Of a stretch of 64,000 nt of DNA, positions 55,570 to 64,000 are shown piece after piece (position 1 is the stretch's first letter; the number at the start of each line of letters is the position of its first letter). The stretch is from Eledone cirrhosa (lineage: Eukaryota), in assembly GCA_964016885.1 (NCBI GenBank), contig OZ024747.1:24986001-25050000 (forward strand). The letters are read 5' to 3'. The position numbers were made by a program, and so were the translations under genes. The notes under the pieces were generated by a model that did not search any database, was not told the origin of the DNA, and saw only the letters and a list, made by a program, of their open reading frames with translations.

Positions 55570-58500
55570 TTGGCAGTATCGGTAGAGGGTCGGACACCAT
55601 GCTTTGAAGCATAGAGTTACGTCCCTTTATGATCCGAGTTCAAATCCCGCCGAAGTTAACTTTGCCTTTCATCCTTACGGGGTCGATAAAATAAAGTACC
55701 AGTAATGCACTGGGTAATTGCTGGCCTTGTGCCAAAAAGTAGAAACAATTATTATCACCATCCCTATCATCATCAGCATTGCCATCATAATCATCAAACC
55801 ATCATCATCAATCTCAATTCATCATCACCATCACACTTCATTTCCTTTCTATTTTTTTTTTTTTAAAAGTCCTAACTCTGAAATATGAGCCCCTTTTCAA
55901 ATATGTCCCTGTGGGGTGGGGTGGACCATGAAGCAACATCCACCTGAAGTTATGCGCCCCTTCAGCGAGATGAAACAGAGTAAATATTTGAGGAAGAGAA
56001 AGTGAGACCTTTTATGTATTCTGTTTATTTTCTATCATCTTATGCAGTGACAGTTGGACTCAAAATAGTTGAATGGTTAAAAGGCTTATTTCCCAATCAT
56101 TAGATATCAGGTTTGATCCCACTCTGTGGCATATTGAGCAAGTGTCATTTATCATAGTCATGAGTCAGCCCATGCTTTGTTAGTGAAATTGGGTAGATGG
56201 AAACTGGTTGGAAGTCTGCCAGATGAACTGTAATCTCCCCGAGAATTACCTCAGTCACTTACATGTTAATTTCATGAGCTAGCTGTTCTGTTGATTGAAC
56301 AAGTTGAACACTCATTATCTAAACCAATAAAAGCCCATCATCATGTAGTGGCAAATTAAAAGAATGGGTGGGGGGTGACTGGGCTGAAGTCAAAGTCCCC
56401 AAATTAATTTTTTCACTACTTTAAATATTACACAAGTACCTTGGTGAAATGTTCAGCCAGCAGCCCCATGCAAGCTTCATCTATCCCTGATCCCTTGTTT
56501 GAATCTTCTTATCTTTTATTTGTTAATATATCAAAGACTAGTGAAATATTTCTGTTGGTGGGTTCTTTGTTTTAAATTGTTCACAGGTAAACATGTAAAC
56601 TGTTGTTTTGTTTGTCTTTCTTGAGTCTCATTTTCACTCCTGTATTTCTAACTTGCATTGTATTGGCTTTCCCCAATCAATCATAACCACATATTTCACA
56701 AAGCTTCATATAAACTATACAACAATAAAATTATTATTATTATGCAGGATGATACAGTGTGGATATTTTGATTGCACACTGTCTCTGCATTACCAAGCTC
56801 ATCTCTGTGTGTTTTGGATATGTGCATTGTTATGTCTTTGGTGGTGTTTCTATTGCATTAAAAATACTCTTCGTAATATATGTGCAATGCCTAGTAGCAC
56901 CATTTTCTCTATGTTGTATATTTGTTGTGAAGACATGTGGCTTAGTGGTTAAGGTGTTCAACTGATGATCATGAGGTTGTGAGTACGATTCTTAGACCAG
57001 GTGGTATGGTGTGTCCTTGAGAAAGAAACATTATTTTTCATTGCTTCAGTTCACTCAGCTCGTGAAAGTGAGTTGTACCTGTAATTCAAAGATTCATGCT
57101 CAATCCTCCTGAGAATTACATAAAGGGTGTACTTTCATCTTTGACAAGGACTTGATTAACCTTTTGATTAACTTTTTCAAGTTTCATTTAAAGAGGAAAA
57201 TCAGGGTGGAGAGGGAAGTGCTACCTTCTAATCGGTCTGTTGAAAGTAGGATGAGAATGGCAAGCATAATCCAAGTGAACAAGGCTGCTCTGAGTATATG
57301 TCTGTAGATTGGAGGAGGCTTGCCCTAGCAGTCAGGGTAGCCATGGCTTTTTGTGGGATTTATCCAAGATTGACTCTCAGAAGTATTACTTTCCATTGGG
57401 AAATTTTCTATTGTTGGATTTTTACACGTTTTTGTTATATTTTTACTTGAAAAAAATTCTGCATTGTATCGTTCTATACTGTCCTTTATGTTTTCTTCGA
57501 GTCAATCCTTTATGGTTAATAAAGAAATCACTATTATTTGTTGCTGTTGTCATGTGTCGTTGTTGTTGTTGTCACAGCTCTTTCTCATTTCCTTACTTGC
57601 AAAACAGATTGCTGTTTACTTTAAAATCTGTATCGTCATGATAAACGTGATTTCCTTTCGGGACCTCCAGATAAACAAACAACCACCCAGCCAGCCACCC
57701 ACCCTGAATACTGTCCCCTAATGTATGTAAACTACAAGTGTATCCCATCTTTCAATCAGTCCCATATTTAGTGACTGTTATCCCAACCATTTCCTCTAGT
57801 CTAACAACGATAACAATGTTTAGATAAAACATAAGAAACTCGATTGGTGAAAGCTTAGCTTGTTACTTTTTTTTTTTTGTGCATTCAAATGGAAGTTAGT
57901 GTTGAGAGACAAAATATGGCAGACAAATAGTAATTCATTGAAGTTTTGACTTTTGTAAAGACTACACAACTGTCGTTGTGAGTTATATAACACCACCACA
58001 CAACTAACATTGTGAGTTATGTAATATCACACAACTGACGTTGTGAATTATGTATCTTTGTAATCAGGCATTACATGATGACATCTTTTAGCCACATTGT
58101 TTCTCTCCATTTTTAACCTCCCTCTTCCCATATATATATGTGTGTGTATGGTTCAACTGGGAGTAACCACAGTAAGTAAGGTACACAATACATTGTAGAA
58201 GACATTTCTATTTTAAATATTATATATATATATTCTAAGAAGAAGGAGGCTTATTCTACTATCATATTGAGTAACTTATTTATCTATCTGTAATTTCTTT
58301 CCAATCCCCTTCTGAAAAACACACACACACACACACACACACGCACGCACGCACGCACACACTTGTTTCTACTTTTGGCACAAGGCCAGCAATTATCTCA
58401 GTGTATTACTGGTACTTTATTTCATCGACCCCGTAAGGATGAAAGGCAAAGTTAACCTCGGCGGGATTTGAACTCAGACCATAAAGGGCCGTAACTGTGC

Positions 58501-58821
58501 TGCAAAGCATGGCGTCCGACCCTCTACAGATACTACCAATTCACTGCCCTATATATATATATAATTATTTACAGTGCTGGGAGAAGTGAAATTTGAAAAT
58601 GTGAGTATCCCAAACAGCTGATCACTATAAAAAAACAATAGTTGAGAAGATCTGGTAGAATACTCTTAAAGACAGAAAAAAGTGAGCACTTCTGTTCACT
58701 TTTCCCATTTCTGTGGGTATTTTACCCTATTTTTCATCTATTGTTTATAGAGATCAATTGTTATTGCAGTCATTTTCTGCGTTTGGGACTCTCACATCCT
58801 CAAATATATATATATATATAT

Positions 58822-59273
58822 GTCACTGGACCGAGACCTTTGGCGGTACTCAGTAACAGAGAAGAGCCGCCTTGCCTAAATACATAGTAAAACCTACTAC
58901 AGTCAGTAGGCATCTCTAACAAAATACACCCCCGTCCCACCACCCAAACCCCCACCCCATCCACACCACCCCGTTCTATGTAAAGTTATGTTGGTGCCGC
59001 GCCATCCAGGCCGAAACAAATGAGATCGTGTAGGTGTCACGACAAAAAAACACACAGTCCACGCTGTAATGTGGCCGTGTAGGCAACACGGTAAAAACCT
59101 CCCAGACCCACACTGTAAATGTGGTTGGTGTTAGGAAGGGCATCCAACTGTAGAAAACCTGCCAGACAGTCCTATGCGAGCAAGACAATCACTCTTGCCT
59201 CAAGTGAGACTACCCCCGTCCAAACCCATGCAAGCGTAGAACACGGACGTTAAACGTTGATGATGATGATGAT
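58822..59273 (+). mobile_element. RTE LINE 3' fragment (single copy of the UTR unit)
   Basis: Matches 19963-20520; (GAT)n tail. Confidence 0.9.
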
Positions 59274-59317
59274 ATATATATATATGTATATATGTGTGTG
59301 TATATATATATATATAT

Positions 59318-59496
59318 GTTTATCCCAGGTTCAATCAGGGGTAACCACAGTAAGTAAGGTACTTAATACATAGCAGAGTATAAATATTTAATATAGAAAT
59401 GGCTTCTACAGGACTAGACCCGTTTTATTCGGGAGAAATCGTCAGGAAGCCGTGATGATTTCTCCCAAATGAAACAGTTCTAGTCCTGTAGAAGCC

Positions 59497-59505
<9 letters not shown>
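59318..59505. mobile_element. Mini palindromic insertion of the 31877-36781 family, two head-to-head hammerhead remnants
   Basis: Tail 59318-59392, minus-strand motif 59401-59451, plus-strand motif 59452-59496. Smaller remnant at 58150-58215. Confidence 0.75.
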
Positions 59506-59532
<27 letters not shown>

Positions 59533-60112
59533 CATTGGGATGTACACATTTCAAATATATACATATCTATGTATGTATTTACATTATAGATATTTCCACC
59601 TTATAAGAAAATAAATCCCAATAATTTCTAATTGAACAACATGGCTCTATTTATTAGCAAGTCTATACATCAATTGATTCCTTGTCTTTAACTCAAAACT
59701 CCTTTTTATGGATGCTAGATTGTACTGATCCTTGTTTGAGATATGTAGTGCTGTAGTTAGCTTATTTATTATTACATCGTAATTTAAAGGATAAGCCTTG
59801 TCACACACTGTGTAACACCGAATCTCTTTGAGATTTATATTAAGGATACACGTGTCTATGGAATGCTCAGCCATTTGCATTATAATATAAGATATACTCT
59901 ACCTGTAATTCAAAAGGTCAGTCTTGCCACACACTGTTTCACACTGTATCTCCCAAAGAATTATGTTTGGGTTACACGTGTTTGTAGAATGCCCGGCCAC
60001 TTACCCTTGCTGAATCATTACAAGAACATTTTACAGAATACGAGAGTGTTTATATCGTGAAAGATGGGGAAACAGCTAACTGAAACAAATACAGTGATTT
60101 GACATATATATA

Positions 60113-60392
60113 CAGTTGTCCCCCGGTATTCGCGGGGTTACGTTCCTAGAGCACCCACAAAGAGTGAAAAAACGCGAATATTGCACGTGGTCCATAAAAT
60201 GCCTATAAACGTCAAAATATAACGTAAAATATAATTTTAAAAAGAGGGAGCGTCTTATGTGAAGAGGCCTCCAGCCACGAAAAAAGTCATTTAAAAAATT
60301 CGCGGAAGATATTTACGGTTCTGTGAATATGCGGTGGTTTCCACGAACAGTTATTAGTTAGGTTCTAGTGGAAATTCCGCGAATAACCGGGA
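60113..60392. mobile_element. Tigger/pogo-like MITE remnant
   Basis: TA-CAGTTGTCCCCCGGTATTCGCGG at left; partial mirror CCGCGAATAACCGGG at right. Confidence 0.55.
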
Positions 60393-61700
60393 TTGATCCT
60401 ATGGAAATTTTTCGGTTGATCTAAATTGATCAGGATTCCACCCACGTCAGGTTCCTTAAGTACCGTCTCTATGATGTATTCCATGAGCTACAGATTGTTG
60501 TAGATTGATGTTTGAGATAGAGCATATTTGAACTTTTACAACCAACCCGTTGACAACAAGCTAACATCTTCGCAAAAATCGCGTGTAACAAAAGGTGGAT
60601 AAAAAGATGAAACAATCACATACAAACACTAAAAATAAACCGAATAAACACTGTATAATTCAAGTGTCACAAATAAAATCAAAAATACATAAATGGATAC
60701 GAGAGGGATATGTTTTTCGATTCTATATGCATATTTTACGACACCACTCTGCCCTAAAAACGAAAATACAACAGTGCACTCATATAAAATTTAGGCAAAG
60801 ATTAACCCACAGCCAAATTCGATCACAACAAACTAGCAAATCTAAGAAGATACATACTAAAAACGAAAATAGAAATATTGAGAATTTAAAGAAATATAAT
60901 ATAATGGTTTCTGATTTAGATACACGGCCAACACATTTTGAGGGAGGGGAAAGTTGATTAAATCAACCCTAATCCCGTAAGGATGAAAGGCGAGGTAATC
61001 TCGGTGGCTTTTGAACACAGAACGTAAAGGGCCGTCTCTATGTCGCAAAGCATGTTGTCCAATACTCTACTACTGATACTGCGCTCTATAAATAATGGAA
61101 ATTGAAATCACTGAAACTAAGGGATGTCTACAACAACAAATACTTGCAAAAGCATAATGAATCCGCAGATATGGAAAACACCTACGCTTTTTTAAAAGAA
61201 ACTAGCAATTTCACGCCAAACAAAAGTGACTCCACTAGGAAGATAGTAGAAGCAAAATAGAGGTAAGTGTAGCCCTAAATGTAAAAGAAGTGGAAGAGTT
61301 CTTGAGAGGAGTGTCGGCAGTACAGGAATTACCCGGCACAGGAGTAATTAGAACAACGAACACAACACCTGAGCAAATGTAGGAAGCTATTACAACAGAA
61401 AAAGTGTCTATCATACTGATAAAAAGCAAGCAACTGAAAGGTATCGGGATGTGACAAGATCCTAAACTTCTGATTGTAATGAGGATTGGCAGCATCGGTT
61501 GAGCGTCGGACAACATGCTTTCTAGCATAGAGTTACGCCCCTTTACGATCTGAGTTCAAATCCTGCCGAGGTTAGTTTTGTCTTTCATCCTTACGGGATC
61601 GATAAAATAAAGTACCAGTAACGTACTGTGGTCGATTTAATCGCATTTCCCTCCTCCCCAATAACAATTGACGTGGCCTGTCCAGCAGATAATGCGGAAA

Positions 61701-62348
61701 GAGAAACGAGAAGTTAGGAAATTACTCTGAGTGTAAGATGGAAATAACAAGGATATGGAATAAAGAGATACGAGAAGTTAGGAAATTACTCTGAGTATAA
61801 GATGGAAATAACAAGGATATGGAATAAAGAGAAACGAGAAGTTAGGAAATTACTCTGAGTATAAGATGGAAATAACAAGGATATGGAATAAAGAGATACG
61901 AGAAGTTAGGAAATTACTCTGAGTGTAAGATGGAAATAACAAGGATATGGAATAAAGAGAAACGAGAAGTTAGGAAATTACTCTGAGTATAAGATGGAAA
62001 TAACAAGGATATGGAATAAAGAGATACGAGAAGTTAGGAAATTACTCTGAGTGTAAGATGGAAATAACAGGGATATGGAATAAAGAGAAACGAGAAGTTA
62101 GGAAATTACTCTGAGTGTAAGATGGAAATAACAAGGATATGGAATAAAGAGATACGAGAAGTTAGGAAATTACTCTGAGTGTAAGATGGAAATAACAAGG
62201 ATATGGAATAAAGAGAAACGAGAAGTTAGGAAATTACTCTGAGTGTAAGATGGAAATAACAAGGATATGGAATAAAGAGAAACGAGAAGTTAGGAAATTA
62301 CTCTGAGTGTAAGATGGAAATAACAAGGATATGGAATAAAGAGAAACG
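61701..62348. repeat. 64-bp minisatellite, 10 near-identical units
   Basis: Unit GAGAWACGAGAAGTTAGGAAATTACTCTGAGTRTAAGATGGAAATAACAAGGATATGGAATAAA. Confidence 0.95.
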
Positions 62349-63007
62349 CATTATACCCGCGAAAGGGAAATAATAATAATGTTTTTAGTTAATATCAACA
62401 TTACTATGATTTATCTATTTCCAATGTAAAAATGATAAGAATCGGTAGAGTAAGGGAGAATAGTATGGGGCATTTAGTTATAACCCTTTACGTTCTCGGT
62501 TCTAACCTTTCTGGGATTGATTTTTCCTTTCATTCTTACATAGTGGATCAAATATATACTATTCGAACAAATCTCACCCCTACAAATGTGAGGTCGTGTT
62601 TCTGTTTTAGAAATATTCATTACTGATTTATGCAGTTTTTCAAACCAAATGTAATCTGGAATGGAGTGGTGTGGAATAGACCTTCGTCGTTTTCGACGAT
62701 GAGTGTTTCAGTTGTTCGAAACTAACACGCAAATAATTTAGTATTCCACAGTCACGTGGATACAATGTGTGACAAAGCTGACCCTGTGAATTACAGGTAG
62801 TACATGGCTTAGGTCAACCTGGGGTTATGGTAAATAACAGTTGCCCAAGATGTCACCGAGTGGGATCAAACTAGAAACCATATAATTGCAAAACGAATTT
62901 GTTCACCATTCGGGCATGCTGTGTACATAGACGTAATCTGGAATTATAATACCACAGAATGAACAAGTTGAGTAAGATAAAAATTGAAGAGTAAGATTGA
63001 TGCAAAC

Positions 63008-63964
63008 CTCACCGCCGTTGTGGTTTGGAAATGGCTGCTCCACTTGAAGTAAAATCCGTTCAGTTTTTCGACTGGCTCTGTTTCGGTTCTTTCGGTACGC
63101 TTTAAATTCACTAATCCTGATGCATTCCTTGCGTCTGCCAAGTTTAACTGAGTAATATGTGTAAAATTTCCGGTTTGATGCAAAGTTGGGGTGGAACGCA
63201 AGCCCTAAAAATCCTCTTTCGTCGCTTACATAATTACTGTAAAGAACCCGGTCCTTGATATCTAGAAAGGCTTTTTGCTCTCTTGTTTTGTTTCTGTAAT
63301 AAATGTAAATAACTCCACGCTGCTCAGCTACAAACAGGCGACCACTTCCATCACCAGCATGTCTCGCCACTACAGGGTTCCTCAAATCCCAAGCAAAGGG
63401 TTCGACACACATACACCCTTCTTTCGTAATTTGTTGAATAGATATGTTGAAGTTGAGGTTTTCATTTTTTAAAAGGTCAGGATAGCAGTAGTCTACATCT
63501 GTCAGTTGAACAATCAAACAGAAACTCTCTTTAGAAGTCAAAGTACCCAGAATTTCCCGATCGCTAGTTATATATTTAACTAAGTCTTTGCATTTGGTAT
63601 AAAACTGTGAACAATAATTAGAACATAGTCCAGGGAAAGTGCTGGCAAGCATCGTTTGCTCTGCGCTATATATATGTGCTGCATACGGGGAACAACGTTG
63701 ACACAACAATTCTTGTAAGTAGGGTTCGCATCTTTGAAGGAAAGTCTCTGATAGTTGAGTCTTGATGAATTGAAACCTCTCAAAAATGAGATCCTCCTGT
63801 TGTTTGGTACAGCAGCCAAAGTCATTATACTGATAGCAAAACTGCAAATTGTTTGATTGAAAAGGTGGTTTAAAGTCCAAGCATTGAGGATGGCACGTCA
63901 CATAATCACAAGTTAGAAGTATTGCTGTTGCAATTATCAAAAACCACAATGTGCTAGACCGCAT
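63008..63964 (-). CDS. HHIPL: HHIP-like protein (HHIPL1/2-type), first coding exon: signal peptide, Cys-rich folate-receptor/Frizzled-like domain, start of GSDH-type beta-propeller
   Basis: Hydrophobic leader followed by HPQCLDFKPPF, Cys-rich block, GDGSGRLFVAEQRG, DERGFLGLAFHPNF and PFPNHNGGE. A GT donor (GAG|GTTTGC) follows HNGGE, after which the ORF-track translation is intronic. Confidence 0.93.
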
Positions 63965-64000
63965 TGTAGATATTTATTCCTTATTTCTTTTCAGTGATTT

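Noticed and set aside
55256-55612. Asp-rich and Met/Ile-rich ORFs
   Set aside because: Translations of an (ATC)n microsatellite plus SINE.
57175-57530. Possible L1/Tx1-like LINE 3' remnant
   Set aside because: Only a weak peptide resemblance (KRKIRVEREVL); cannot be supported without a search.
57962-58053. Three short palindromic units (cacaac..gttgtg) with variable linkers
   Set aside because: Too few and too degenerate; consistent with an old ~33-bp tandem repeat.
61701-62348. Possible CRISPR array (also the 41-bp array at 54360-55200)
   Set aside because: Contiguous tandem units with no unique spacers, no cas genes, and eukaryotic context.

Overview
Eukaryotic (animal, probably cephalopod/Octopus-like; inferred from the SINE types, the (TA)n load and the gene) AT-rich genomic DNA. 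The only host gene is a minus-strand HHIP-like (HHIPL1/2-type) gene. Its large first coding exon lies at 63008-63964 and an 86-bp second exon at 48158-48243 is missed by the ORF track. No third exon is visible, so bases 1-48157 probably lie in one huge intron. That 48 kb is a pile-up of retroelements inserted into (TA)n-type microsatellite: at least five coding Penelope-like elements (PLEs; RT and/or GIY-YIG), many non-coding PLE ends and mini-hairpins, RTE LINEs carrying a PHD-type finger, and CR1-group LINEs. Two signals stand out. (1) About 13 distinct type I hammerhead-ribozyme motifs (roughly 20 copies), read by eye, including C3-G8 to U3-A8 covariants, U4C cores and greatly enlarged stem II. 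(2) A recurring palindromic insertion architecture in which exactly one arm carries the 3' tail and the other stops at a family-specific internal site. Intron 1 (48.2-63 kb) holds mostly SINEs, MITEs and two minisatellites. All YIYI/CVCV ORFs are microsatellite artefacts. Coordinates and folds were derived manually and are approximate.
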